From a candidate division WOR-3 bacterium (GTDB lineage Bacteria; Hydrothermota; Tepidihabitantia; Tepidihabitantales; Tepidihabitantaceae): a stretch of 64,000 bases of DNA. Below, one piece after another: positions 36,843-47,646 of the stretch. Positions within the stretch are counted from its first letter, which is position 1. Every line of letters begins with the position of its first letter. A program made the translations under genes and the position numbers. The notes under the pieces were generated by a model, which had not been told where the DNA came from, did no database searches, and was given only the letters and a program-made list of their open reading frames with translations. Location: NCBI GenBank assembly GCA_965649205.1, contig CBFGJV010000011.1:15455-79454 (forward strand). Direction: 5' to 3'.

Positions 36843-37586
36843 GTGGCGAGTAAAAAGGAAATATCGTTTCTGATTACTACCAATTACGATGCGAAGATTA
36901 TCAAACGTTCTGTTTCTCTTACTACCTTCCGGATTATCCTGGCGGTTGTTGGCCTAGTAATAGCACTGGTGGCGGCAGGTCTGGTACTGGCCGGAGCCAG
37001 CGCGCAGAGAATGACCAGATTGGCTTATTTGGAATACCGCAATAGCCGGTTGGAAGCGGAGTTTGCGAAGCTGGTTATGCTCCGTCGGCGCCTCGCCGAG
37101 TTGGAGGAACAGAGTAAGAGAATGGCAGAGATGCTAGGGGTGGAGCGAACACCTCCAGAGGTGAACTGGGATGCACCGGCTCTCTCAGCCGAGTCCGGAC
37201 GCAGCGAGATGAGAGTTCTGGGCGACTTACCTACCATTGTGCCACTTGACGAGTATGTGCTTTCGCGCGGCTTTAGCAGCCGACATCAGGCAGTGGACTT
37301 AGCAGCTCGTTCGGGAACTGCGGTGCATGCGGCAGCAAGGGGAGTGGTGGCAGACTTGGGTACAGATACGGTTTTTGGTAAGTATGTCTTGTTGCGGCAT
37401 GCAGAGGGATACGAAACGTATTACGCCCACCTTTCTCTCTGGCGGGTGAAGACAGGTGATTCGGTACGAGCCGGCCAGGTCGTTGGTGCTGTTGGCTCAA
37501 CTGGTCAGTCCAGTGCTCCGCATCTGCATTTTGAGATACGTAGATATGGTCAGAGGATTGACCCCACTGGGATGATGAAATTCTGA
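36843..37586 (+). CDS. M23 family peptidase
   Basis: TM, coiled coil, H.AVD, YAHL, STG.S.APHLHFE. Confidence 0.9.
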   Translation: MASKKEISFLITTNYDAKIIKRSVSLTTFRIILAVVGLVIALVAAGLVLAGASAQRMTRLAYLEYRNSRLEAEFAKLVMLRRRLAELEEQSKRMAEMLGVERTPPEVNWDAPALSAESGRSEMRVLGDLPTIVPLDEYVLSRGFSSRHQAVDLAARSGTAVHAAARGVVADLGTDTVFGKYVLLRHAEGYETYYAHLSLWRVKTGDSVRAGQVVGAVGSTGQSSAPHLHFEIRRYGQRIDPTGMMKF

Positions 37587-37611
37587 ACCAGAGGAATTAG
37601 GGAGGACACTA

Positions 37612-38865
37612 ATGAAAAGAGAATTACTCCTAGGGTTTTTACTACTGCTGGGAGCGGTCTGTAAGCCCACTGGCCAGAAGGTGAAAGTGACTTTCTGGCA
37701 CGCCATGGGCGGAGAATCGCAGAAGACATTGAAGACGATGGTGGAAGAGTTTGAAAAAGAGAATCCAGATATTCAGATAGAGCTGATTGGCATGGGTAAT
37801 TATGATGCCTTAGCGCAGAAGCTGATGGGTGCAGTTGCAGCCAAGGAGCCGCCGACTATAGCCCAGATGTATGAAAACTGGACTACGCAACTGCACGCCA
37901 GTGGAGAACTGGTATTCCTAGACAGCTTTGTGCGAGGTCCGGATGGTCTGAGTGCAGAAGAGCTGGTAGATATCTATCCGGCACTCTTGGAGAACAATAC
38001 TTGGGATGGCAAGCTGCTCACCCTGCCTTTTAACAAATCGGTGCCAGTTTATTACTACAACGTGCCGATGTTTGAACAGGCAGGTTACAAAGAGTTTCCT
38101 CGCACCTGGCCGGTATTCCGTCAGGCGGTAAACAGGCTGACGAAGCGAGACGCGGCAGGTAACACCGAGGTATGGGGCACGGCTGGAGGCACAGACATTT
38201 GGATATTCGGCTCCATGCTCTTTCAGAAGAACAGTCGCTTTTTGGACAAGGAAGACGGCGAACCGGAGTTTAACGGCCCGGCCGGCGTAGAGGTACTTTC
38301 ATTTCAAGTAGAAATGGTACTAAAGGATAAGGTGCAAACTGTGGCGCCGGGACGCGCGCCCATGGACGACTTTCTCGTAGGCAGAATTGCTTGTCTGACG
38401 GGCAGTTCCACTTGGCGGGCGCCGATAGTGGATAAAGAACCATTCAAAGTGGGCATGGCGCCTATTCCTATATGGGATAAGCCGGCGGCTATCATCTATG
38501 GCACCAACATTGGTATGTTCCGTCGGGCGAAGCCTCAAGAAAAGGCAGCAGCTTGGAGATTTATCAAATGGTTCATTTCACCAGAACAGCAGGTGAAATG
38601 GTCTCTGGGCACCTGGTATGTGCCGATTCAGCGCAGTTGTTTGAACGACCCGAGACTGAAGGAACGCATGGCCACTACTCCAGGTCTGGCTGCAGCCTAT
38701 GGGCAGATGGATTATGCGGTATTCGAGCCCAGGGGATTGAAGTGGTTGGCAGGTCGCAAGGCGTTGGTGGAGGAGTTGGAGCAGGCAATGTTGGGAGCGA
38801 AAACTCCCCAGCAGGCTTTGGATGATGCGGCCAGGCGGTACAAAGGGGAGGGAGGGGAGAAATAA
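37612..38865 (+). CDS. ABC transporter sugar/G3P substrate-binding protein
   Basis: TFWHAM, LPFNKS...YYN, AAW.FIKW. Confidence 0.88.
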   Translation: MKRELLLGFLLLLGAVCKPTGQKVKVTFWHAMGGESQKTLKTMVEEFEKENPDIQIELIGMGNYDALAQKLMGAVAAKEPPTIAQMYENWTTQLHASGELVFLDSFVRGPDGLSAEELVDIYPALLENNTWDGKLLTLPFNKSVPVYYYNVPMFEQAGYKEFPRTWPVFRQAVNRLTKRDAAGNTEVWGTAGGTDIWIFGSMLFQKNSRFLDKEDGEPEFNGPAGVEVLSFQVEMVLKDKVQTVAPGRAPMDDFLVGRIACLTGSSTWRAPIVDKEPFKVGMAPIPIWDKPAAIIYGTNIGMFRRAKPQEKAAAWRFIKWFISPEQQVKWSLGTWYVPIQRSCLNDPRLKERMATTPGLAAAYGQMDYAVFEPRGLKWLAGRKALVEELEQAMLGAKTPQQALDDAARRYKGEGGEK

Positions 38866-38891
38866 AGGGTTAAAGGGTAAAGAGTGGCTGT

Positions 38892-39677
38892 TCAGTATTC
38901 CACGCTTTCCAGTACCAAACCGTGGGAGGGGGCGGTTGGAAAAGGTCGGTGTTTGTGCCCAGCAAGGGCAGCGCGAATGTCAGTCAGGGTAATGCTACTA
39001 GCACCGTAGGCAACTGCAGCACCAACAATTCTTCTGACCATCTTGTATAGAAATCTGTCGCCTCGGATAGTTATGATTAGTTCGTCTTCGGGTGTGAGCA
39101 GGTCAAGACAATAGAGTGTGCAGTATGCCGGCCGAGAAGGCAGATGAAGATGACAGAAGTTCCCGAAATCGTGTCGGCCGGAAAAAAGTTGCAGAGCGCG
39201 GCATAACCGTTCTGTCTGTACGGGCAGACGGAATTCCCAATAGCGGGATGCGCGGAGAGGAGAGCGGCCGAGTACGACAAAATAGCGGTAAGTTTTGCTT
39301 TTGGCACTGTAGCGGGCATGGAATTCCACCGGTGCCAATTCTGCGTGTTTAATCAGAATCTCCCGGGGTAGGTGGAAATTGAGCGCCCGGCAGATTTGCT
39401 GAGTGGTTAGACGAGAGCTCGTTTGGAAGTTGGCCACGTAGTTACGGGCAGAGACGCCCGCGTCGGTACGAGAACAACCGTAAACGGTAACATGTTCACC
39501 AAGCAATTTGGTTAAAGCAGCTTGCAACTCTCCCTGTACAGTGCGGTGATGGGGTTGATACTGCCAACCGGCAAATCCGGAGCCATCAAATTCCAGAACC
39601 AGACGAATGTTCTGGAGCGAACGCAAAGAAAGGGTTTTGGCAGGCGGAACTGAAGGTGCTATTCCTTTGTCAGGCAC
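38892..39677 (-). CDS. truA: tRNA pseudouridine synthase A (start uncertain)
   Basis: FDGSGFAGWQ, SRTDAGVSA, FLYKMVR. Confidence 0.93.
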   Translation of the reverse strand: MPDKGIAPSVPPAKTLSLRSLQNIRLVLEFDGSGFAGWQYQPHHRTVQGELQAALTKLLGEHVTVYGCSRTDAGVSARNYVANFQTSSRLTTQQICRALNFHLPREILIKHAELAPVEFHARYSAKSKTYRYFVVLGRSPLRASRYWEFRLPVQTERLCRALQLFSGRHDFGNFCHLHLPSRPAYCTLYCLDLLTPEDELIITIRGDRFLYKMVRRIVGAAVAYGASSITLTDIRAALAGHKHRPFPTAPSHGLVLESVEY

Positions 39678-40036
39678 TTCATACAGAATCGGGCATAGGG
39701 GACCACATTCAGGCGAGCCCGGGAAATGGGTTCCCCGCATTTTTCACAGGTGCCGTAAGTTCCTGCAGAGAGACGACATAGTGCGTCGTCTATCTCGCGC
39801 AGGGTCTCACTTTCCAGCGAACGCAGGCGGGAAGCAAGCTCACGCTGGTAGTTCTCCGTACCCTGGTCTGCAGTGTGGGTACGGTGCCGGGAGAGATCGC
39901 CTGTAGCTTCGGGACCGCAGGATTCCATAATTTTCTCGGCTATGCTTCCCTGTTTGAGTATACGGCGTTTTTCAGCCAGTAATTGCCTTTCGTACTTGAC
40001 CAGTTCTGTTTTGGTGAGTTTTTTGCGTCTATTCAT
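39659..40036 (-). CDS. TraR/DksA family C4 zinc-finger protein
   Basis: H.AD; GTYGTCEKCG..I...RL..VP....C.KC. Confidence 0.88.
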   Translation of the reverse strand: MNRRKKLTKTELVKYERQLLAEKRRILKQGSIAEKIMESCGPEATGDLSRHRTHTADQGTENYQRELASRLRSLESETLREIDDALCRLSAGTYGTCEKCGEPISRARLNVVPYARFCMKCLTKE

Positions 40037-42978
40037 TGTCCTATCCGTTTGAGAGCCAATTGCGCCGGCTCTGCGTTTATCTTTACTTCGGACACAATTT
40101 CCGCATCAGGCAGCGACTCCGGGGTAACACGGAGCGCAAGTGTCTCACGACTAATGTAATCTTTGAATTCCTCTATCGCTTCTGTCAGCCGTGGACTGGC
40201 GGTACAGTGCAGGAAGATACGGTCGGTGACATCAAAACCTGCCTGCTTACGCAGGTTTTGGACACGGTGTACCAGTTCGCGTGCCAGACCTTCGTTTTCC
40301 AGCTGCCGGGTAAGCTTGGTGTTAACCCCTACTATTCTTTCTCCCTGTTCGGCCACGACAAAATCTGCCGGGAAAAGATTGGCATCAGTGAACAGCAATT
40401 CCCGTACATTCAATTCTTCCTTGATGTCATCGGCATGACGGAGGAAAATCTCCTGCTCTTCGGGATGGCTGAGTCGGATGATGCACGAGGAGAGAGGTTG
40501 ACGAACCTTGAGGCGAGCCTTTTCCCGTGCCGCCCGGCCCAGGGAAACAACAGTCTGGATTAGTTTCACTTCTTCCTCCAGGGCTGGGTTGATCAGTTTC
40601 TCGTCTGGTTCCGGATAGGGGCAAAGGTGGACGGATTCCACCGCGGCCGAATTCCAGGACCGTACCAGATTCTGATACATTTCTTCCGTAAGAAAGGGCA
40701 TGATAGGCGCTATCAGTCTGATTAGGGTCTCCAGACAGGAATAGAGTGTATGATAGGCAGCCAGTTTGTCCGTGTCGTGCGCAGACTTCCAGAAGCGACG
40801 GCGACTACGACGCACATACCACAGAGAAAGGTCATCTACAAACGATTCTACGGCGCGCGGAACCGCAGCCGGGTCATAATCGTCCAGCCGCTCGCGAGTG
40901 AACTTCACCAGAGAGTGCAGTCGGGATAGAATCCAGCGGTCAAGAAGAGCAAGAGATTCGGGATGAGGGAAAGGGGGGCGGGGGACAAAGTCGTCAATGT
41001 TGGCATAGGTGACAAAAAAGCTGTACACGTTCCAGAGTGTAAGAAGCTTTCGCTCTGCTTCCCGACCGGCCCCATAGCCAAAACACAGGTTCTGCGCAGG
41101 GTTCTGACTGGTAAAAACCCAGCGCATAACATCCGCGCCCATTTTCTCTACCGCTTCCTCTACTTCAATGGCATTGCCCCAGGACTTGTGCATCTCCCGG
41201 CCATCTTCTGCCTTCATGGTAGCGTAGCCCAGAACAGTGCGAAATGGCGCCCGGTTTTCCAGGACGGTAGACATCGCTAGAATGGCATAGAACCAGTTGC
41301 GGAACTGGCCGGGAAAGGATTCGGTAATGAAATCAAAGGGAAACCATTCCTGCCAGTAGGCCCGATTGGTGAGATAGTGGGTGGTGGAGAAAGGCACGAT
41401 GCCGGCATCCAGCCAGGGATTGCCTACGTCCTTTATGCGCGGTACGGGTCGGCCGCATCGTTCGCACTTCACTCTTACCGCGTCTATCCAGGGACGGTGC
41501 GGCGTGTGTCCGGCAAACTGTTCCCAGCCTTCTACACAGCGCGCCTGCAGTTCTTCACGGGAACCGATGACGTCAAACCAGCCGCATTCGCACTTGAAGA
41601 TAGGCAGAGCCAGACCCCAGTAGCGCTTCTTGGAAATGCACCAATCTGCCATATTACGCAGCCAGTCCAGCTCTCGCTCCAGTCCGAACTCAGGAATCCA
41701 GCGTACCTGCCGGGCAGATTCCATAATCGGCTCGCGCAGTGGGTCCATGCGGATGAACCACTCATCCACCAAGCGGAATACGAGTTCCTGTCCACATCGC
41801 CAACACACCGGGTAACGATGCGTATAGTCCTCTACCCGGAAAAGCAGACCTTTCTTTTTCAGGTCTGCAAAAATTTCTTCCGCTACTGCAGCCGAGTTTT
41901 TACCTGCCAGCCAGCCGAATTCAGGACGGAAGGTACCGTCTTCCTGCAGCGGGGCAATTACTGCTAGACCTAGCTCTTTGCCTAGAAGGAAGTCCTCTTT
42001 CCCGCAGCCGGGCGCAATGTGGACTATACCTGTCCCCTCACCTGCGCTGACTTCGTCCCAGGGGATTACACGATGCTCTACACCGTTCTGCGGCGCAAGC
42101 TCGTCATAAGGACCGCAATAAGTCAGACCAAGTAGTCCTTCGCCTTTTATTTTTTCTACAATACTGGCGTCCTTACCTAGTACAGTGGAAAGCAGGGGCT
42201 CGGCCAAAATGTAGATGGCGTTCTCGTAGCGGGCACGGACATATGTGAGTTCCGGGTGCACCGCGGCGGCAACATTAGAAGTAAGGGTCCATGGTGTAGT
42301 TGTCCAGACCAGAAGGTATTCATTCTTCCGTTCACACAAGGGAAAACGTAGATATACAGCTTTATGAGTCAGTTCGCGATAGCCTTCTGTGACTATCTCC
42401 TGGTCGGAAATGGCAGTGCCACAGCGTGCACACCAGGGCATTACATCCGTGCCTTCGTAGATGAGACCGCGTTCATGGCATTTCTTCAGGAAGTACCAGA
42501 TGGAATAGTTGTTTTCTTCAGACATCGTGTAATAGGAATTCTCCCAGTCCATCCATTGGCCGATGCGGATGGACTGCTGGGTTTGTATGCGAGAGTACTT
42601 CTGTACCCGTTCTTTGCACTTTTCTATGAACCGGTCTATGCCCATTCTCTCTATGTCGCGTTTAGAGCGGAATCCCAGTTCCTTTTCAACTTCTACTTCT
42701 ACCCATAGTCCTTGGCAGTCGAAGCCGTTTTGGAAACGCTGGTCGTACCCGTTCATGGCTTTATAGCGTTGAAACAGGTCCTTATAGGTGCGACCCCACG
42801 CATGGTGTACGCCCATGGGACCGTTGGCAGTTATGGGACCGTCCAGGAAGCGGAACTTCTTAGTGCTGCCACGGTTGCGCTCCATCAGCTTGGCAAAACA
42901 ACGGTTCTTGTCCCAGAATTCCAAGATACGCTTTTCTATCTCGGGATGATGGGGGTGCCGGGGAACTGGAGTAAACAT
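40033..42978 (-). CDS. ileS: Isoleucine-tRNA ligase (type 2-like)
   Basis: DGPITANG.GVHH, WTTTPWTL, GTGIVHIAP, EMHKS, REL..RVQ.LRK.AGF.VTDRI. Confidence 0.95.
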   Translation of the reverse strand: MFTPVPRHPHHPEIEKRILEFWDKNRCFAKLMERNRGSTKKFRFLDGPITANGPMGVHHAWGRTYKDLFQRYKAMNGYDQRFQNGFDCQGLWVEVEVEKELGFRSKRDIERMGIDRFIEKCKERVQKYSRIQTQQSIRIGQWMDWENSYYTMSEENNYSIWYFLKKCHERGLIYEGTDVMPWCARCGTAISDQEIVTEGYRELTHKAVYLRFPLCERKNEYLLVWTTTPWTLTSNVAAAVHPELTYVRARYENAIYILAEPLLSTVLGKDASIVEKIKGEGLLGLTYCGPYDELAPQNGVEHRVIPWDEVSAGEGTGIVHIAPGCGKEDFLLGKELGLAVIAPLQEDGTFRPEFGWLAGKNSAAVAEEIFADLKKKGLLFRVEDYTHRYPVCWRCGQELVFRLVDEWFIRMDPLREPIMESARQVRWIPEFGLERELDWLRNMADWCISKKRYWGLALPIFKCECGWFDVIGSREELQARCVEGWEQFAGHTPHRPWIDAVRVKCERCGRPVPRIKDVGNPWLDAGIVPFSTTHYLTNRAYWQEWFPFDFITESFPGQFRNWFYAILAMSTVLENRAPFRTVLGYATMKAEDGREMHKSWGNAIEVEEAVEKMGADVMRWVFTSQNPAQNLCFGYGAGREAERKLLTLWNVYSFFVTYANIDDFVPRPPFPHPESLALLDRWILSRLHSLVKFTRERLDDYDPAAVPRAVESFVDDLSLWYVRRSRRRFWKSAHDTDKLAAYHTLYSCLETLIRLIAPIMPFLTEEMYQNLVRSWNSAAVESVHLCPYPEPDEKLINPALEEEVKLIQTVVSLGRAAREKARLKVRQPLSSCIIRLSHPEEQEIFLRHADDIKEELNVRELLFTDANLFPADFVVAEQGERIVGVNTKLTRQLENEGLARELVHRVQNLRKQAGFDVTDRIFLHCTASPRLTEAIEEFKDYISRETLALRVTPESLPDAEIVSEVKINAEPAQLALKRIGQ

Positions 42979-43048
42979 CAGTATTCAGCCTCCGCAATGG
43001 TTAGTACTCGAAGCGCGTAATTCTCAGTTGAAAACATAGTGTTCATTT

Positions 43049-44590
43049 CTATCGGGCTCTCCCCGTGTTACGCGCATCTGCCTGGAACATGGGCCAAGGC
43101 GAAGCAGCAGGACCACCACCGGAGCCACGTATACACCAGGCCGCAAGGCCATTGCCCACATAGATGTTCCCTTCGTCGTCCAGCTTGGGCGAGGAAATAA
43201 ACTCGGCTGAATAGCCTTCTCCGAGAGCACAAGCCCAGCGTCGAGTACCATCGCTGTTTACGGCATACAGAGAGTCTGAACTGGCAGCAAGAAATCTGTT
43301 CTTTTTGCCCAGCGTGGCGAGAAAGTAGATAACCCCTGTGCTGGCTACAGCAGGAGTGGAGATTACCGCTCCCAGCATAGGAGACCGATAAATCCACAGG
43401 AGGCTACCGTCGCTTGGTCTCAGGGCGAGTAGTCTTCCGCTCGTTCCCACATAGACAGTATGATCGAGGCCGACGACTGGGGAAGACGGCTGGTCTCCTA
43501 CCAGTACCTGCCAGTTTTCTGTGCCGTCAATCAGGTTTACGGAAGCAAGTCGTCCGTCCTCGTCTGCGACATATATCACGCCCAGGGAGTCGTCAATGGC
43601 GGGGGAAGCATCAATCTGGCTGGTGGAAAGACCATAGACCCATTTTCTGACGCCGCTGTAGGGGTCCAGGGCATACAAGCTACCAAGCTGGCTGGCCACA
43701 TATACGGTGCCGTCTTTGCCAATTACTGGTGAGCTGTATCCCCCTCCGGTGCGATGCGACCACAATCGTTGCCCATTTGTCGATGTGACAGCTAGAAGTG
43801 AATCTCCGTTAGTGTGGATGTACACCGTCCCACCGGTACTGATGGCGGCGGTGGCCATTACTTCCTCGCCGATGTAGATGGTCCATTTCCTGGTACCGTC
43901 CGCATTAATAGCATAGAAAGAATCATTGGCGCAGCTTATGTAGATGGTACCATCATCGTCAATAGCAGGAGCTGGGTAAAACTCGTTTTCGTCCAAGTCA
44001 ATGAATTCCCAGCGGCGTGTACCATCCAGTCGCCGACAATTCAGGGCACCGTATTCGCAGCCGATATAGGCTGCATCCCGGGTTTGGTCCAAACCGAAAG
44101 TATTCAGGCTGAATTCGGCGGAGTCCTGGGGGTCTTCCGGGTCAGTATACGTAAAACTCCAGCGGATGTTTCCTTCTGTGGGGTCTGCGGTAACAGACAA
44201 GGGGTCAGACCAGCCTGAGCTTCTTCTGGCGTTGCGGGCGCGGACTCTGATGCTGTAGCGGCCCGGCACGGTATAGGTGTGAGTATCGGCAAAGGCCTGG
44301 CCGCCGGCAACAAAAGTTGACCAGGGGGAGCGGGTACCGTCACCCCAGTCGAACATATATGACACTTCTGCTCCTGTCGGGTCTGAGGTCTGGGTGGTGC
44401 AGGCATATACTGCCCCGACTGTGGCGTGTGCGGGCCCGCGGGGAATTTCGGGTACCAGGGGTGCGCGGCCGCAGGCAGTTAGGAAAAAGAAAGCTGCAGC
44501 CAAGAGCAATGTGGTAACCTGCTGATATTTTGAGGTTGCCGTCGGTAACGGGTCTGGTCGTGCCCAGTTTTTGCTTCCAGTAAGCCTCAT
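43049..44590 (-). CDS. PKD domain plus PQQ-like (BamB-type) beta-propeller lipoprotein
   Basis: LTAC lipobox; FDWGDG; repeated SP.I..DG.(I/V)Y..S...LYA...DG..W. Confidence 0.8.
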   Translation of the reverse strand: MRLTGSKNWARPDPLPTATSKYQQVTTLLLAAAFFFLTACGRAPLVPEIPRGPAHATVGAVYACTTQTSDPTGAEVSYMFDWGDGTRSPWSTFVAGGQAFADTHTYTVPGRYSIRVRARNARRSSGWSDPLSVTADPTEGNIRWSFTYTDPEDPQDSAEFSLNTFGLDQTRDAAYIGCEYGALNCRRLDGTRRWEFIDLDENEFYPAPAIDDDGTIYISCANDSFYAINADGTRKWTIYIGEEVMATAAISTGGTVYIHTNGDSLLAVTSTNGQRLWSHRTGGGYSSPVIGKDGTVYVASQLGSLYALDPYSGVRKWVYGLSTSQIDASPAIDDSLGVIYVADEDGRLASVNLIDGTENWQVLVGDQPSSPVVGLDHTVYVGTSGRLLALRPSDGSLLWIYRSPMLGAVISTPAVASTGVIYFLATLGKKNRFLAASSDSLYAVNSDGTRRWACALGEGYSAEFISSPKLDDEGNIYVGNGLAAWCIRGSGGGPAASPWPMFQADARNTGRAR

Positions 44591-44646
44591 ACCTTAGCCT
44601 CCAAGTATAGCGACAAAACTGAATCTGACAAGAAATCTTTCGTAAG

Positions 44647-44675
44647 AAAAAAGGCCCGCGCTGGGCGGGCCTTTT
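44647..44675 (-). terminator. Intrinsic terminator
   Basis: AAAAGGCCCGC-gctgg-GCGGGCCTTTT; on the minus strand the stem is followed by a U run. Confidence 0.8.
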
Positions 44676-44694
44676 CGATGCTCTTGCTTGCTTT

Positions 44695-46551
44695 CTATTT
44701 GGCTCCTGCTTTGCCCCGGTTGTAGGCATCCCGCTGCCATTTTGGCCAGGGAGCATCGGGCATAAGTAGTTTGTCCTTGTAGCCGGCTACGCAGTACAAC
44801 GCATCTTCGCCAATGACGATGATGTTGCCGTTGGAAAGGATTGCCGGCTGACCTTCAAACGTGTCAGGTTTGCCGCGGCGGGCAGATTTCTTGCCCGAGA
44901 AGTAGTCCGGACAGTTGCAGGCCCAGACCAGCTCACCATCTGATTGACGAATGCAGTATAACACATCCGCGTAGTCCTGATAATACAGATAGTCGCCGGC
45001 CAGAATCGGGCTGGTGACAATGTCGTCTGTTCCGTGTTGTTTGGACCAGATGATGGCGCCAGTAGCCGGGTTCAAGCAGTACATTTTTCCGCTGCCGGTT
45101 CCGGCAAATACCGCGGTGGGACTGACTACCACTCTCGTTACCTCCGCATCCAATATCGCGGTCCAGCGGATGGCACCGTCGGTGGCTCTTACCGAGAAGA
45201 CCCGACCGGAGCTGGAACCGCAGTAGAGGTTGCCGTCAGCGCCGATGGCTGGCGGATGGATTTCGTTGTTCTGGCGCAGCATCTTCTTCCAGGAAGGACT
45301 GGCCAGATTTGGAGGCAGTTTGTAGAGGTAACCAGAATCGGTACCGATGTAAACGTTGCCGCCGGCATCAATAACCGGAGCTCCCACCATACCGGGAATG
45401 CGATAGCGGGCGTTGAGAGTTACAGTTGTGCCGTTGTCAGTGAAGTAGTAGAGCGTATCGTTGTCACGAGGAGCGTAGATTTTGTCGCCGTTTACCGCCA
45501 CGGTTCCCCAGGGGATATAGGTGAGGGAATCTTCACGTTTCTTGCCGGGCCAGTTCCAGACTTTGCTCAAGCTGAGATTGAAGGCGTACAGCTCGCCGTC
45601 TTCGTTTCCGACTATGATGTGCTGGCGGTCCGGACAGTATACCGGATGGCCGGTAAATTCATTTTCTTCTTCTGGTACATATGGCGTGCCGGTGCGGCGG
45701 GTGCGTCCTTGTGTGGTTATCGCCCGGATTGTACCGCCTTCGACTGTGGTGTAGATGAGTTCTGTGGTGCCGTCCATGACGATGACAGGAGATCCCGTTG
45801 CCAGATATTCGTTCTCTTTGTCGGACCACCACCACCAAGTGACAGCCCCGGCTTCCCCGACGACAAGGGTTTCCGGCCGGGACCATTCTGAGAGGGTGCC
45901 TTTTTTGTCTCGAGCCTGGCAGGATACAGCTACTTTGCCCAGTCTGGTGTAGGTGTGGGAGTCGCGTACTATGCCGCCGCTTGGTACCCAGCCGATGGAA
46001 TCGCCTGGGAAGATGCTGTCGCTCCAGATGCCAGTGTTACCGTCACCCCAGCGGAAGCGGAACCCTACCGAGTCGCCATCCGGGTCAGTGGTTGTGGCAG
46101 AAAACCAGGCAGGAACATTAATGACGGCCACCAAAGGTATGCGCATTGTAGGCACAAGTGGTGCAGAATTTGGGAGGATTCTGATACTGGTAGGTTCAGA
46201 CCAGTCTGAGGTCTTGTTTGGGTCCTCGGCGAGTACAGCCAGTACCTTGACGGAATAGTGGCCCGGAGTACGCCAGGCGTGATATACATACGCTCTCTCG
46301 CCGGAGGGATAGCTGGTTTCAGTAGTTTCTATAGAGGCGTCTCCCCAGTTGATAACATAGCGTACTTCCTTGTTCTGGGCCTGGGTAGTCATTACCTCAA
46401 AGCGCGTGGGTGCGCCCTGATAGGCGGAGTCAGGGCCGATTGGTCGGCCCGGGGTTTCAGGCGGCCTGGCTTTGGGGCAGCCAGTGACAGTGAGGAGTAA
46501 TACTAACGCCAGTACGCCTGCAACGGTCAATCTGGTCCAGTTCATCATCAT
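44695..46551 (-). CDS. Double PKD plus PQQ-like beta-propeller lipoprotein
   Basis: VTGC lipobox; two WGD PKD motifs; propeller repeats; AAGGAGG SD. Confidence 0.8.
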   Translation of the reverse strand: MMMNWTRLTVAGVLALVLLLTVTGCPKARPPETPGRPIGPDSAYQGAPTRFEVMTTQAQNKEVRYVINWGDASIETTETSYPSGERAYVYHAWRTPGHYSVKVLAVLAEDPNKTSDWSEPTSIRILPNSAPLVPTMRIPLVAVINVPAWFSATTTDPDGDSVGFRFRWGDGNTGIWSDSIFPGDSIGWVPSGGIVRDSHTYTRLGKVAVSCQARDKKGTLSEWSRPETLVVGEAGAVTWWWWSDKENEYLATGSPVIVMDGTTELIYTTVEGGTIRAITTQGRTRRTGTPYVPEEENEFTGHPVYCPDRQHIIVGNEDGELYAFNLSLSKVWNWPGKKREDSLTYIPWGTVAVNGDKIYAPRDNDTLYYFTDNGTTVTLNARYRIPGMVGAPVIDAGGNVYIGTDSGYLYKLPPNLASPSWKKMLRQNNEIHPPAIGADGNLYCGSSSGRVFSVRATDGAIRWTAILDAEVTRVVVSPTAVFAGTGSGKMYCLNPATGAIIWSKQHGTDDIVTSPILAGDYLYYQDYADVLYCIRQSDGELVWACNCPDYFSGKKSARRGKPDTFEGQPAILSNGNIIVIGEDALYCVAGYKDKLLMPDAPWPKWQRDAYNRGKAGAK

Positions 46552-46585
46552 TTTCCTCCTTAGGATAAACGGGATGCCAATGTTC

Positions 46586-47620
46586 CTACTTCATTACTAC
46601 CGGGCCATGGAAGCTACCGCGTTCTGGGAAACGGCACACTCCTCCACGGCCGTCCTCAAAATAGAAATAGTACTGATGATCGGCGGCTAGGAAGTGTTTG
46701 GTGCGATACACGTATAGTCCGTTGTAGGGCTTTCCGGCGGCCAGGCTCATTTGGTGAGGTATGCCGTCTATGTAGATGAGAGCGAGTGCTGCCGGATCGT
46801 TGTCCGCATCGCGGTATTCTACTGTGTAGGTATAGCGGGAAAGATGATTGCCGATAGGCGGAGTAATCCGGTTGCTAGAAAGTCGAGGGGGAGAGTTGGG
46901 GGTTTCATACACTTCTGGACCGCGGATAAAGCCGTAGCGAGGATGGGAGACACAGTCTCCTCTGTCATCTTCGGCACTGAAATAGTAATGGTGGGAGCCC
47001 GGGGCAAGACAGGTCTCGTACAGATAGATGCCGTCATTAGGTTCGCCGCTGTGCAGTTTCATCTGGTGGGGAATGCCGTCAATGAATACTCGTACCTGTC
47101 GGGGTGGTGCCTTGCCGTCTTTGTCCTGATAACGAACGGTGTAGGTATAAATGTCCTTACTGGTGGAGCTGGCGTAGTGTACTCCGCCCTCAGAGAGAAT
47201 TGGAAGTCGGTTGTAGGGAGCGCGGGATCCAACAAAGGGGCCACGCCAAGCTCCGTAACGAGGAAGTCGTTCGGTCTGACCACGGGCGTCTTCGACCTGG
47301 AAGTAATAGGTATGTTCACCTTTGGGCAGGGTGAGGCGGGCTCGATACACGCCTTTGGCAACTTTGCCACTGGCGAACCGGAGGGGGTATGCCTCGCCGT
47401 CAACATAGATACTTATCCTGGCCGGAGGGTCTCCGTCCGGGTCTGAATATCTGACACTGGCGACATAGGTTGTGCGGGTGAGCCCACCTTCCAGCGGCCG
47501 GAATTCCGGCTGGGACAGACAGGGTTTATTGTTTGCCTCTTGGGCAAACGCAGGAATCACCAACGTCGCCGCAGCCAGAACAAAAAGGGTGGTGGAAAGA
47601 AGGCCGCGCTTTTTCAACAT
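46586..47620 (-). CDS. Secreted protein made of three ~100-aa tandem repeats
   Basis: 3x Y.D.D...P....(V/I)DG....G.Y....H.Y(Y/F)F..ED.RG....P..G...GP. Confidence 0.8.
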   Translation of the reverse strand: MLKKRGLLSTTLFVLAAATLVIPAFAQEANNKPCLSQPEFRPLEGGLTRTTYVASVRYSDPDGDPPARISIYVDGEAYPLRFASGKVAKGVYRARLTLPKGEHTYYFQVEDARGQTERLPRYGAWRGPFVGSRAPYNRLPILSEGGVHYASSTSKDIYTYTVRYQDKDGKAPPRQVRVFIDGIPHQMKLHSGEPNDGIYLYETCLAPGSHHYYFSAEDDRGDCVSHPRYGFIRGPEVYETPNSPPRLSSNRITPPIGNHLSRYTYTVEYRDADNDPAALALIYIDGIPHQMSLAAGKPYNGLYVYRTKHFLAADHQYYFYFEDGRGGVCRFPERGSFHGPVVMK

Positions 47621-47646
47621 AACTTCCTCCTTATTCAAGTCCGAGG

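Noticed and set aside
43049..46551. PQQ-dependent dehydrogenase or true BamB
   Set aside because: Only generic propeller repeats plus PKD domains; no catalytic or contextual support
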